A DNA stretch of 63,997 bases, filler included, from Basidioascus undulatus (lineage: Eukaryota), in the NCBI GenBank assembly GCA_000826855.1. It is 6 parts of 6 records of this genome, joined end to end, with 100 filler letters (N's around TTAATTAATTAA, not from the genome) between each part and the next. Parts side by side here need not be neighbours in the genome. Positions count along the whole stretch, not along the records: positions 42,926 to 53,532 come from JTLS01001110.1; positions 53,633 to 63,997 come from JTLS01001137.1; 4 more parts are not named here. One strand, 5' to 3'. Positions 50,364 through 63,599 of the stretch are shown piece after piece. Position 1 is the first letter of the stretch. Each line of letters opens with the position of its first letter. Made by a program: the position numbers and the translations under genes. The notes beneath the pieces were generated by a model. It ran no database searches. It was given only the letters and a program-made list of their open reading frames with translations, and was not told the DNA's origin.

Positions 50364-52753
50364 TTAGCTCGCCCCAACCCCGCGGTCCTCCGCCCAGCTG
50401 CCCTGTGGCCCGCCCGGCAGATCCCTCAGCACGAAAACCGCGAGTTCCGTGCGCGCCTGCGCAAGCTCCAGCATCTCCATGACCCTATCGAGCTCCTCCA
50501 GTCGCTCGCGATCCGTGCGCCCCAGCAAGCCCAGATCCGCCTTGACGTCGCTGCGCTCCGCGCGGGCGAGGACGTCCGCGCGGAGGTGCGTCTCGCGCGC
50601 CTTGCGCTCGAGGATGTTGCCCAGCGTCTTGTACAGCTGGCCTAGCAGCGCGAGGTACGCTTTCGGCAGGTCGACGAACCAGAGGTAGAAGGTTCGGTGC
50701 ACGGCCCGGTCGGCGGATTTGGGCACCTCTTGCAGGTGCAGGAGAGAGGCGCTGTGAAGGCGCGAGATGGTTTCGCGCGTCTCCTTCATGGAGAGGAGGC
50801 CGAGGGTGGAGATCTGGGGAGCTGGGCCGTCAGTTGTATTGCAGCGAGACAGAAGGAAGACGACCCGCAAACGCACGTGTTTCTCGTCCAGTTTCCCCTT
50901 ATCCAGCACGATATTGACGATCCTCGCTCCCTCGTTCCCAAACCGATCGCGCACAAGGGCGTCCAGCACGCCGCGCTTCAAGCGCGCGCACGCGTTCTCG
51001 AACGCGATGACGTACTCGCCGCTGCGGCCCTTCCCGCCGAGGAGGAAGCGGGAGGCCGCTCCCGCGGGGCCAGGGTTGTCCAGCCCGGCGAGAATCGCGC
51101 AGTACTCGGCGATGCATTCGGACTGCTTGGAGATCGCGCTCCGCGAGGAGAGCGCGAGGCCGCGCTTGAGCGAGATGCTCGAGGGGATGTGCGAGGCCGT
51201 TTGGTGGATCGCGATGGGCTCTGGCGGAGAAGGAAACGGGATGGGGTGAGAAATGGGGAATGGGGAATGGGGAAGGCAGGGGGAGGAGAACGGAAGGGAA
51301 CACACCGGATGTCGGTTCTCGTACGGATTTTTGCTTCGGCTCGCCGGCTTTCAGCATCGCGCCCATGACTGCGCCCGCTTGCTCGTTATATCGTCTTGAC
51401 GCGGCATCGGCGATGAGCTGATAGAGAACAAGTATTAGGCCTCAACCCCCTCTCGCCTTGTATTGCTATGGGAAGATGATGAGCGGACCTTGTTGCGCAG
51501 CTTGATGTTGAAGTGCTCATAGTTGACTCGGAAATAGACACCGTCCTGCCGCGCGATGGACATAGTGAGTCGGATGGTGCGGACGCAATAAGAAAAGTTG
51601 GGCGCACATCGATCTGGAACTCCTCCTCGTCCTTGTTCTGCGGAGGGACTGATTCAGCTGGAAGAGTGTGAGGTGGAGGAAAGGTTCAAACGCACCTTGG
51701 AGGAAGACTTGGATTTTGATGACTTCCCAGACGTGTGTTTGCGTTTCTGCATTCCAATCCCCGCATCAGCCCAAGCCCTCTAACCGTCTTCGTACCCACC
51801 CCCTCACTCCCATGCCCAATCGTTCAACTCACCATCCCGACCGTTACGCCGTCCTCGCCCTTCGAGGCCCCGCGCTCCGCCTCCTGCTCCGCAAGCCACC
51901 GCCGCTGGCATTGCTCCTTGATGTTCTTGATCTCCTTGGGAGTGATGATGCCCTTGATCCCGGCGCGCAGCTCCTTCTCCCACCGCAGGAGCTTGTCGCG
52001 CGGCGAGATGTGCGATGAGGCGCTGACGGGGATGAGGGAGGCGGAGGAGATCAGGCGGAGGAGGAGCTTCTTGCCTGGAAGTGAAGAAAGAGCACGTGTG
52101 ATGCGTGAGGTTTATGGGGATGAATGCGGGGATGGGTGGAAGAACGCACGTTTGGATAGGGAGAATTCGGGCGGCAGCTTGTCGAGCAAGTCGGGCGCGC
52201 GGAGCTTCCCGTGCGCGAGGACGGTAGCAATAACCTCCCTCGCGATCCGTCCCTGTTCCGTCCGACCCAGACAACCCATCCAGCTTCAGCACCCTCTCCC
52301 TCTCCCCACCCACAGCCGCGCACAGTGCCTCCAACGTACCTCCTCCTCGTCCTCCTCCTGCTCCTCCGCGAGGCGCACGAACCGCCCAAAGCGCAGGCGG
52401 CTCAGAATCTCGTCCGGGTTCGCCTCGAAATACTCATCGGGCGAGTCGCCGAGCTCGCAGTGCCACATTGCGTTGTGCTGGATGAGGACGAGGAGGGCGG
52501 AGCGGACGATGCGCGGCTTGAGGCCTGCGTAGCGCGCGAGGAGCGGGAGCGGGAGGCGCCCGTGGTTGAGCACTACAGAGACAACGTTCTGTAGGTGTGG
52601 AGGGTAGGGATTTGAGCATGCAGCGGGAGAAGGGAATGGAGCGCGAGGAGGAAAGCGACGTACGGCGACGACGGGCCCAAAGTCCTGCTCGATGATGACG
52701 GTGCATAGCCGGCTAGACTCCTTCCCGCTCGACGACGTTGATATGTACGCCAT
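50364..52753 (-). CDS. RPC82: RNA polymerase III subunit RPC3 (C82/C62)
   Basis: N-terminal RLCTVIIEQDFGPVV..VVSVVLNHGRLPL..IVRSALLVLIQHN..RLRFGRF and C-terminal RFGNEGARIVNIVLDKGKLDEKH..LQEVPKSADRAVHRTFYLWFVD match the family. Confidence 0.93.
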
Positions 52754-53532
52754 TCTGCGCTATTATGACGCGTCAAACGGCGAGAACGCGTTGAGCAACG
52801 GCGAGGCGAAGGGACCCGGAAGCAAGTGGCACAAACTCAGCGGGCGCGTGGGAGTTCGTCTTGTTCCTTGGATTTTCCGTGGCTCATAGCCGGTGGTCCG
52901 TCGTCAAAATTGCAACGCAGTGGCAGGCTTTCGGAAAAACCTCAGGTTACCGAGAGCAACGGGTATTGTAGAAAGTATTCGGAACTTAGGTGACAACAGT
53001 TGTGTATGGGACTTGCAAGGCAACCACCGTCAGCACTGCCGCGGCTGAGGCTCTGAGCCCGAACATCAGTTCGCAGACCGCCTTTCAGAAATGCGGCTAG
53101 TGCCCGTTGCATCTTTTTGGAAAGTAACATTGGAGTGTCCCAAATATCATACTTTATAACCAAGCAACCCAAGGTCCCATCACTTCCCGCCTCCCTCCAA
53201 CTCCAACCCCGAACACCTTCAGTCCCTCCGATGTCCCGACCACGTTTCGTCGATGTCGTCCTCATTGAGCTCGACGTCAACCAGCGTCTCCGACTCATGA
53301 GAGACGGAAGATTCTACAGCAGTAGATTCTCGCAAGCCGGTGATGAATGCGTGCAGATCCTTCAGCGGGACCCTCAATGTCGCACCGCTTGCTGTCCCCA
53401 TCCTTTCCTCACTTCAGTCCTACTTCTACGAACCCCACCCTTTCAATCACTCTGTTACTTCGTCTCACCTTTCTCCCTAACAAGCTGACATCTGATCTTC
53501 GGATCTTCAGGCGTCCCCTCATCCAATCCACC

Positions 53533-53632
53533 NNNNNNNNNNNNNNNNNNNNNNNNNNNNNNNNNNNNNNNNNNNNTTAATTAATTAANNNNNNNNNNNN
53601 NNNNNNNNNNNNNNNNNNNNNNNNNNNNNNNN
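53533..53632. other. Artificial contig spacer
   Basis: N-run + TTAATTAATTAA + N-run. Confidence 0.97.
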
Positions 53633-54825
53633 CCGCGTCCTACTCGACCTGCCTCTCCTCCGCACTCGTCATCTCCCTCTCCCACGTCGCCCTCCCCGAG
53701 CCGTACCTGGCCCCCGCCCACGTGCACGTCTCGCACTCGGGCCGGCGCCTCATCCCGACCGAGCTGGCCGAGCGCGTCAACGCGTGGGCGTTCCTCGCGG
53801 AGAAGGTCTTGCATGGGAACCCGAGCGGCGTGGACAACGCCGTGGCGGTACACGGTGGCGCGGTCGCGTTCACACGCGCGGTCGAGGGGAAGAAGGGCGG
53901 GATGGAGAACGTGCATGGGTGCGTGGAGTTGATTCATCTTGCCGGGACTCGATTGAGGCTGACTTCCATCTATCCCTGACAGCTTCAAGTCCATTCGCTT
54001 CCTCCTCACTGACTCGAAGGTCCCGCGCGACACCAAGACGCTCGTCGCTGGTGTTGGAGCCCGCAAGCAGAAGGTGAGATCCGATCTTTTCCTGCCTGCC
54101 TTTTTTTTTGCAACGGACTGCTGACCTCAAAAATTTTTACTTGCAGGAGCCAGAAGTGATCAATTCCATCCTCGACGCGATTCAGGTGATCAGCGACGAG
54201 GCCGGACGCTGCCTCTCGGACGTTGAGCTTTCGCGCGAGGCGCTGCTGAAGAGTCTTTGCGTGCGTAACCCGATCCCAGAATGCAGTGCTTGCTGGCTGG
54301 AACGGTTTCGCTCATTTAGATCATCGACACCCGCAGGCCATGATCGACGAGAACCACGAGCACCTCGTCTCCCTCGGCGTCTCGCACCCCGCGCTCGAAG
54401 CGATCCGGAGCAAGACGCGCGCAGCGCCTTACGAGCTGCACACGAAGCTCACCGGCGCCGGCGGCGGTGGCTGCGCAGTCACTCTCATCCCTGACGGTGA
54501 GATCCCACTTCCTCCCCCTCCCACCAAATTTCCCACGTTCCTCTTGCTCACGCTCGCCGCCCACCTCGCAGAGTTCCCCGAATCGCACCTCGCCTCGCTC
54601 CTCACCTCCCTGCGCGACGACGGCTTCGACACGTACCTGACCTCCGTCGGCGGCTCCGGCTTCGGCGTGCTCCACCCCTCGCGGCGCGCGAACGCGTCTG
54701 CGGCCGTCCAGGCCGAGGGCGGCGACGAGGGCGCGATCTTGCCTGACCGCGCGCGGTTCCGCGAGACGCCTGCGCCGGACTTGGCCGCGTGGGCGGAGCA
54801 CGCGGGGAGGTGGGCGTTTGTCTAG
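53633..54825 (+). CDS. ERG12: Mevalonate kinase (GHMP family), 5'-truncated
   Basis: Motifs WAFLAEKVLHGNPSGVDNAVAVHGGA, LLTDSKVPRDTKTLVAGV, NHEHLVSLGVSHPALE and KLTGAGGGGCA are present. Confidence 0.95.
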
Positions 54826-55111
54826 AGATGGAGATATCCCGCGGGGAAGGGAGAGAGGGTAGGGGCTGGGAACGCTCGTGCTGCGCTGTACTTGTATTGC
54901 TTACGTTTTGACTACCATAATACCTTAGCGCTATTCGATGTTGTTGCATTGCACATGAGTTTGCCGGCCCGAATCATATCCGCATGAAAGAGGACGATAA
55001 GATATGTCAATGCATCAATGCATCCCTATCAAGCCTGCACCCACCCATGGTCCTTTCCCGTCGGGACCCGCTAAGAAGGCGATGGTGGACCTGACCATCT
55101 TGGGTGATTGA

Positions 55112-56243
55112 TCAGTCCCAACGCATCAACGTCAGTGAAGATTCGTAAGAAAAGAGAGAGACAGAAAGCAAAGGTAAGCTAAGCAGGACGGACAATGCTT
55201 CGGACGGCGAGCCCTCTCTCTTCACCCGCTTCGCATCGCCCCCACCGCTGTCCTCCTCCACCCCATTCGGCGATCGCGGGCGCTTATGCGATGTCGGCCG
55301 ATCCATCTCCAGTTTCTGCTGGACTCCCAATACCCTCAGCTCAACGCTCTGTCTTCCTTCACTCCCCTTCACTCCTACCGGGCTCACCGTCCCCTCACCC
55401 GCCCGCCCATTCACCCTCACCAGCACCGCCTCCTCCTCCAGCTCATCATCCCGCGCCTTCTCCAGCCTCCCCGTGTCCTCCAGCCCCCGCGGCGGCGGCC
55501 GGCGCTGCCGCACGCGGATGGGCTGGGTTGGGTCCAGCTCGGGCGAGGGGGAACGCACGCGGGTGAGGTAGGTCGGGTCGAGGGTGGCGAGGGAGTCGAG
55601 GAGGAAGCTTTGGGAGCGTGGAAGGGGTCTGTGAGTTCACGAGGGACGCGGGAACGAGGGCACGAAGATCAGGAGAAGGACGGCAAGGACGCCCCGGACG
55701 CACTCGCATTCCCGTTGGAGAGCGTGCAGCGTGGAGGAGGCGGAAGTGTATTCGGTTTCGAGCTCTTTGCGCTCCTGTGCGCGTCGCACGAGAACCCCAA
55801 GTCCAAAATCAGTGAGTGAAGAGGGGAGGTAGAGAGCTCTGGCGGAAAGTACTATTTCCACCTGCGCCCACCGCTCTTTCAACAGCGTGTATCTGGCTCA
55901 CAGTTGGCGCGCTCAGTCCCAATCCCTCCCTTACGCGAAAGTAGGAAGAACAAAGCGGAGACAGCCACTCACTTGTCCTTATATCGCTGCACCTTGCGTG
56001 CATTGAACCCCTTCTTCTCTTCCTGCACCCATTCGCCATGAGTTCCATCTCCCGCATTATCAGAACCACCGGGCCGCTCCAATGCCGCACCTTGACACCC
56101 GCCTTGCCCGGCGAAAGAATCAGCGCGGCCGATGTGCTCGTCGCTGGAGAGAGCTGCGAGGACGCGGGCGCGGCGTGTCCGTTCGCGCCTGTGGTGGTCG
56201 AGGCTGTAGTAGACGCGGACGAGCGGCGGCGCTTGGCGGGCAT
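55112..56243 (-). CDS. Small nuclear coiled-coil protein, possibly INO80-complex Iec3/INO80E-like
   Basis: An NLS-like MPAKRRR start is followed by spliced KVQRYKDKYTLLKERWAQ...RKELETEYTSASSTLHALQREC. The family assignment is tentative and the 3' end is uncertain. Confidence 0.45.
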
Positions 56244-59200
56244 CGTGGCCGGCGAGCAGGGCGGTACGGGGAATGGGCAGATGGCAGGAGGAGAGAAGGC
56301 GTGGATCCGAACCAGCCCCGGCGAGGCCAGCTCGCCCTTGTTCCGGTTCGATTGCCCCGCGCGCGTGTTGGCGAAGCGGCGGGAGGGAGCGAGAAGTTGG
56401 CGTCGAACTGTCAGAGCTCAACTGGACGGCCGCTCAATACAACAGTCTGGCTCGCAGCTTCGTTCATTCGAGGGCTATATAAAGTAAAGATGGATTGTGT
56501 AAATCAGTAGAATAATGGGACTTCTCGTCAAAAAGGCGGCGTTTTGGCGATGTCAACTTGGGAAGAACGTAGGTCGGCACTGCATGTAACGGCCTGCCTT
56601 TGGCTTTCGGTATGACCGAGCGTGTCTTTTGCAATGACAACCATGTCGTAAAGCAGGTCCTACAGATTTATTATCCTGATCCAACAAGGTCCCTCCAGAA
56701 ACGACAATGGCTATGGCAGGCGCAGCAAGTCGACCCACTGCCATTCACCCGTCCGACGGCTCGCTGTCGTATTCTATGTCACCATCGATCATAGTGCCCA
56801 AATTTATCAGACCAGGTACAAGAAGGTCTAACTGCCAATGATAAAGTTTAAGAGCTACAACCAGTCCCAGCCGAATGCGGCGGTATCAATCTGAGTCCCT
56901 GGGTGCCGCCGATGCCCACATCTTCCAGCCTTGTGTGGCTCCCTTCCGAAAAGCGCAAACTTTCACCGGCGGAGATCCCTAATTGTGTTAAAGCCCCTTT
57001 ATGCAAATGTGCTGATGCGATCCAGTGAGCAGGCCTAGCTTTGTACTCGACCCAACGCTGCTGAAGTTCATCACTGCTGTGGTTCACCAGGGTGGTTTGT
57101 CATGGTCTTACCGAGTTCCAAGACCGTCCAAGGAGAACAGAATACTGCTTTTATTTGGCCATTTTAAGCTTTTCAAGACATTCCGTAAACCCTCTATCGA
57201 AAGCTGCGGTCCAGTAAACGTTGCGCAGTAGGTGAATATCTCGCCACGCCCAGTCGTTGCGACAAGACAACACCTTCTCCAAGGCACATCAGCTGTATAA
57301 ACGCAATTGAATTGGTTTTAATCTCTTGATAGAGTTTCAGGCGCGCATCTGAAGTCCCACACTCAGTCGGGGCCTTCTGCATTGTTACCAGCATCCCGCG
57401 TTTGCCCAACCCGACCGGAAGCCGTCAACTCCCTTTCAACTGCCCAATTGGTGCCCCTATCCAACAGAATATTGGTCGCATACAGAATCTGGCCAAGTGG
57501 CACACGTTCAGTCCGCCTGTTCCGCCAGAAACCTTGTAGCCGCAGTGGATTCCACAGCCAGCTGCGCGCATTACCCAGCTACGAGCTCGGCGAGGAGGGA
57601 GCGATGTCGTGAACGGGTATATTCCAAGGAAGGAGATGGCTTTGATTTTTTTTCCAATCTTTGGCATGGGGCGAGCCAACAGAGAAACAATGGGGAGTGG
57701 GCGTGCGACGCTGCCAGTGAGTGACATGCTGGGGGCGCTGTGGACTGGACCTCGTCGACTTAAAGCTAAGTACGGCAGTGCGAATTAGGCCTAATAAACG
57801 GTCCCAGTAATCCACAAGCACCCCCGAAGTCGCTACGCGGCACGCTTTGCGCCATGTCATCACGATTTCTTGTGGCCATCAACCTGCTCAGTACCCGACT
57901 TCCGGGGTCCCTTCTGCCAATCCGTGGAAATGTCCTTAGGATATTTGGGCGGGAAAGCTTTCAATGCCAGCGCCAATCTCTTTCTCACGCCCTCGACCCC
58001 GTGAGATGAGCGGCGCGGCGTTGTGACGGACGCATTTTGGGATGTGCAGGGCATCACGCTCCCTCTGAGGCCGACAAAGATTACTCATGTCGAGACTAAA
58101 CGTTCGGTACCCAGGTTAAGTTGTGCTGGATCCAGCAATCCCGCTCCCAACATGGCAGCAGGCGGACGAAGTAGAACGGTGTGCACCTGTAGACAGTCCA
58201 ACGCATTCAAGCAGCCTGGATGCATGCATCGCGGGGAACGGAGGTACCGTTTCCTGCTCAGCTGGCCAACCTACCGTAGAGGGGAAATGCTCAGTTTCCT
58301 CAGTTCATTACCGTTGACTTCAGCCTACGAGAAGCACTAACTTGTCCGCATCATACGGGAGAGGAGCGAGGCAGTTTGAAGGCTGCGCCGCGTTGCGAAG
58401 GCGCTCACTACGGTACCAATGGCCTCCAGCCTCCGGCCACTTCCGGCGACAACACAAACTTGCACACTCACCCTGCACGGACTCATCTCAAACTGACTCA
58501 TCTAAGTAGTAGACAGATTTTGGCAGCCCAACGGGCGAAAACATGGGGACCGGCCATGGGGGAAAGAAGCAAAGAGGTGCATGCAATGCGCACGCCATCC
58601 ATCGATAACACAAACTGCCCGGATGCCTTTCACACGAATAACAGAGGTTTCCAGGTATTCATGAATCTTTCGGCTCCGGAAGTACACACCCGAACCTTCG
58701 CATCCCAACCGCGCCAACTCGCGCTCACATACCTGCAGACCACCAACCTCCTAATACTCCGTGGAACCTATCCTTATCCCACGAAGGTAAAGAGTGTCAG
58801 TACCACTCTATGACATCAATCATGGAGCTATGCAAGGGGAAGTAGCAAAGGGGGAGATCAGAAATGCGAGGTTGTCTGCTTGCCGGACCGCACTCGCTCG
58901 CGGAGGAGCGAGTGCGACCCGCTCCGCCTGACGTGCAAATGATATAAAGGCTCATCATGTATGGAGGTGTAGAAGTTGGTGTGTGCGTTGAGATTGAAGA
59001 AATGCAAGACTCACGAAGCTGACTGGGTGATGAAGCTGAGGAACGAGTGGAGATGGGAAGAGGAGAGAAGACCTGCCTCGCTCGCTCGCGATTTTGCCGT
59101 CCTTGCCGATCCGTGCTTACGTGAGCAGCGGACATTGATGTGCTCGGCTACCGCTAACGCGATATCTTATCGACCTCGTATCACAACCTCGTACAGACCG

Positions 59201-59325
59201 CTCTTTCTCTTTGATTCTCACTCTTCATCCCATACATATCCTACACAGTCAGCTTTCCCCCACCCTAGACATTCGCGCTGCTCGGGGGAGTCTCCCGGCC
59301 AGGCACTACGACGCTCGAATCGATC

Positions 59326-61557
59326 ATGTCCTCCTCAGCGGCATACGCGCCGCTGCACACCACTTCCAGAGCGGACACCTTGACAGGGTCCACATGCGTG
59401 GGGACTCCTGAGCCCGGCGTGGACGCGCAATCGCCGTTGCTGTGGAAGCGGGTGGAGGAGCGGGAGGGCACGGCGAGCATGGCCAGCTGTACGTTCCACT
59501 CAGTTCCGCGAGGCTGCATCTCAGACGCTTATGGGATGCGTGGTCTTTACGGCGGGGGAAAACAGCCATTGCAAATATCACCAACACGATCATTGGGACA
59601 GGCATGCTGGCTATGCCGAGCGCACTCGCATCCACAGGGATCTTCCGTTCGTCTCAGTCACCGCCACCCTTTCAAACTCGCTCACCTACTCATATCCCGC
59701 ATGCTCCATGCAGCCGGAGTCGCAGCAATCCTTTTCTGCGCATGCACCGCGTCCTTCGGTCTTTACCTCCTCTCCCTCTGCGCCAAGCGCGTGCCGAACA
59801 GGCACTCCTCGTCCGTTTCTATCTCCCTGTGCACCTTTATAAACACACCCGCACTAAGCGTGATGTGCTGGGCGGGCAGCTTCAATGCCATCGCCCAAAT
59901 CACATACCCCTCAGCAGCGATCTTTTTCGATGGAGCGATTGCGCTGAAATGCTTTGGCGTCAGCATCAGGTTCGTGCGACCTTCCCTCCATTTCCTTGTT
60001 CTGCATCCGCCTCTGATCAGGCAGGATACGTGCGCAGCTACCTCCTCATCCTTGGCGAGCTTGTCCCTCAAGTGATCATCTCCTTCTACCACGTCCTCAC
60101 GCCCGAAGGCGTCGAGCCGCCCGACTTCCTCCTAGACCGCCGCGCGTGGATCACGCTCTTTGTCGTCCTCCTCGCTCCGCTATGCTTCTTGCGTGTAAGA
60201 TCTCCCCCCAAACCCTGATTTCCCCAAGCATTCTCTCAAAGACTGACCCCTCTGTGCCTCGTCCAGGACCTCCACGCCCTCCGGCACACGTCCTACGTGT
60301 CCATCTTCGCCGCGTCCTACCTCGTCCTCATCGTCGTCGTATGCGCGTTCCACAGCCCCGTGCCGATCCCCAACCCCGGAAAGATCGAGCTCGGGAGACT
60401 GCATTACTCGGCTATTGCGAAGTTCCCGGTGCTCGTATTCGCGTTCACCTGTGCGAACGCTTTCCTCCCGATTGCAGCGCGGAGGCCAGTACTGACGAGA
60501 TTGGAGGTTTGACATTCATAGGTGCCCAGAACTTGTTCCCCGTCTACAACGAGCTCGCCGACAACTCGCAGGCCCGCATCTCGACTGTCATCGGCGCGTC
60601 TGTGGGCACCGCGGCGTGCTTGTACGAACTGATTGGCGTATTGGGTTACATTGTGCGCCGCTGCTTCCCTTTCCATGTACAGGCACGCTAAGATACTGTT
60701 GATGTTGATCAGACTTTCGGAGACGGCGTAACGGCCAACATCATGGCTGTGCGTCCGAGCTTGCTTGCACCACATGCAGATGCACCGGCTGACTTTGTTG
60801 GTCCGCAGATGTATCCTGGTTTGTCGCTACGCATAATGTTCAGTCGTACATGGCGACTGAGGAAAAGCTATGAACACAGACAGGTCTCTCTTTATCGCCA
60901 TCGGCCGTGTGGCCATTGCCGTTCTCGTCCTCTTCTCCTGTTCGTCCTCCAGCCCCTCTCCCTTCCTATTAAACGCCTCATGTCATCCTGGATTCTCACG
61001 TCTCCTTCTGCGTCCTCCCCACAGATCCCCTCCAAGTCCACCCCTGCCGCAGCTCGCTCGACAAAGTGATCACCCTCCAGAAGCCGACGCCCGACCCCGA
61101 CTCGGGCTTCGTCATCCGCGGCCCGCCGTCGAAGACCAAGCACGGCGCGGTGACGATCGGGATCCTGTTCTCCACGTGGGCGGTGGCGATGGTTGTGCGC
61201 GAGCTGGACAAGGGTGCGTCCCTTCACCTCCCCCTCCCCCTCCCCATCCCATCCGCATGAGACTCACGCCCGCCATGCGCCGCACAGTGCTCGCCTTCGT
61301 TGGGTCCACGGGATCCACCACCATCTCGTTCATCCTCCCCGGGGTGTTCTACTTCGCCTTGGCGCGGAACGACCCCAAAGCCTGGTGGCTCAAGTGGGCT
61401 GCGCTCGCACTGGCTGTCTACGGGGTGCTCGTGATGTTGTTCTGGTACGTTTGTCCGTCCGTCACGGGCAACGCTCCAAATGCCGGGCTGACACCACCAG
61501 CGTACACTATGCAGTCTCTCCTTCAATGTGTACCACTTGGTTGTGGATGGGAAATAA
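59326..61557 (+). CDS. Vacuolar amino-acid transporter, AAAP/Aa_trans family (Avt5/6/7-like)
   Basis: Motifs include IANITNTIIGTGMLAMPSA, AIALKCFGVSISYLLILG, FPVLVFAFTCAQNLFP, YPLQVHPCR and VLAFVGSTGSTTISFILPG. The protein ends LVVDGK*. Confidence 0.92.
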
Positions 61558-62093
61558 ATCAGGTAGATCGCGCCACGTATCTTAGGAGTTCATTCTTCTC
61601 TGTAGGGACACTACATTCTATTAATGTAGACTGTTATGGTCGCTGTACGCTTCAAGTGTGGCTGGATCATGATCATCGGCTGCAAGGGGGGGGTGGGGAT
61701 TTTGTACTGATCCGAAACCGCTTCTGTGCTTATCGCAGGCAGTTCGACTGTATCAAGCCTTGCTGTTTTTGGCTGCGTGCTCCGACGCTTTGCGAAGCAC
61801 AAAGGAAAAGGAGCATCCCAGAACAAATACGATTTCAACGGAAGTTCTAGTCGCTGGCGTGGACCTGTATGATCCAGTCGGACGCAATGGACGACATGTA
61901 CTGCGTGACAGGCGGCGCCGCTGCATTCCCGTCACGGCCTCCTTACGCTTTTGCGGCCTCCTACTTCTTACCACCTTTCCTCTTCGTTCAACGAGAGCTT
62001 TTACCCATTCCTACATCCCCATCTCACACAAAGGCTTCGCTCCTCCTAGCGAAGTATCTTCTATCCCTTGCCAACGCCTTTCACGCGCGCACA

Positions 62094-62944
62094 ATGGCCG
62101 GCGATCTCGCTTGGCTTGTGAAAGTAAACGCCAGACCGCAGGAGTATGGGTGCTTCGCAGTGACTTCTGAGAAGAAGTACTCCGAGCTGGACTGCAGCGG
62201 CGTAAAGACATTCGTGAAGCGGTCGCTCCGCCCGGCGGAATGGAAAGTCAACAAGGCCGGAAGGTGCGTTTGATGCAAGTATCGCCATCGAGCGTGCCTA
62301 AGACCCCTTCAACTAAAAGTCTGGCACTCACGTAGGGTCATTGTCCCCGACATTTGCCTATAACGCCTCCGTAACGAGGCGGCCGCCAGTTAGTTCGTTT
62401 GAGCCAACACCGACATCCCTGTGCCGACCGCGCGTTTTACCTGATCACAGGTACACACCACAGACTCGTCCTTGATTCAACATACCCCTCACAACCCAAT
62501 TACGTTTGCAGACATTGTCGTGGGAACAATGGTGGCCAGATTGCCCGACGAGCAGAAGCCGGCAGTGATCAAGCAGATCGAAGCGCACATCGCGACGCTG
62601 CGTACGCTCAGGTCGCCAAGTTCGGTGGACTGGCGGGGGACTGCTGCTTCCCCGTCAGGCTCTCTGCGCTTCTCTCCTGCCCATTCCCGCCCACGCACCG
62701 CAACGCAGGGCCCGCGGACGAGCCGTACGTGTTCTGCCACAACGTCTCGCTGCCGAAGTCAGCGTCGACCCGGACACCTCGACATACGGGCGATCATCGA
62801 CTGGGAGTACACGGGGTCTACCTGAAAGGAATAGAGGCTAAATTCTGGCTACGCCCAGGACTGTCGGCTGCGAAGGGGGGGGAGCACGACGACGTGCCGG
62901 AGCTACTCAAGATGCTTCGCGGCCTCGCGGTCAAAGCCGCATAA
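62094..62944 (+). pseudogene. APH/choline-kinase-like phosphotransferase pseudogene
   Basis: Pieces FVKRSLRP.EW, RLRNEAAA.*FV*ANTDIPVP, YVFCHN, AIIDWEY and FWLRPG.S are present. In-frame stops lie at 62361, 62391 and 62400, with additional frameshifts. Confidence 0.8.
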
Positions 62945-63599
62945 GCCTCTCATTCTTGTGTGGTAGGGTGAGTATTTTAGCTGTTATTTTCCCCTTTCGT
63001 CCGGAGCGTCATTCAAGCTTGGGTTCCCTGCAGACTTTGGACAGGGTCAGGCACAGCGTACAGTACGTACTGCTATTGTTTTCATCGTGATTTCCGCTGA
63101 TGCTGGCGCTCGCCCTCTTCATCACGCTTCTCCCCTAGTTCGGGACCTTCTCATGAGCACTGCTATAGTGCTCTTGCTCGTGATGTACATCCGTCTGCAC
63201 CCTGCGATTGCACGGTTTGCACCTGCCCGATGTGCGTGAGCGTGGGTCTTGTCCTGGTCGTCCTGATACCTTTACCGCTGTAGTCTCGGCTTCCCTGAGA
63301 AAGCATAAGAGCCACGTTCGGAATTAGCTATTGAAGTGGTGTGATAAATACTAAGCGCAGGCTGTTGTGGTCCAGAAAGTGAAGAGCTCGAGGATTTCGC
63401 CGGCGCTGCCGTTTTATCAAGGTCGCCTTGGTCACCTGTGCATTTTGCATGCCGACTTCAGCGCCGGCGTGAAGATTTCCACCAAGTTGTCTCCCGATGA
63501 TTGGCGTATCACGAGCGACCCACAGCAAAGCAGCCATGTAACCCTCACACCATACCGTACAAATGTTTCCGAGTATGTGCATGGACATCCAACGCCCGC

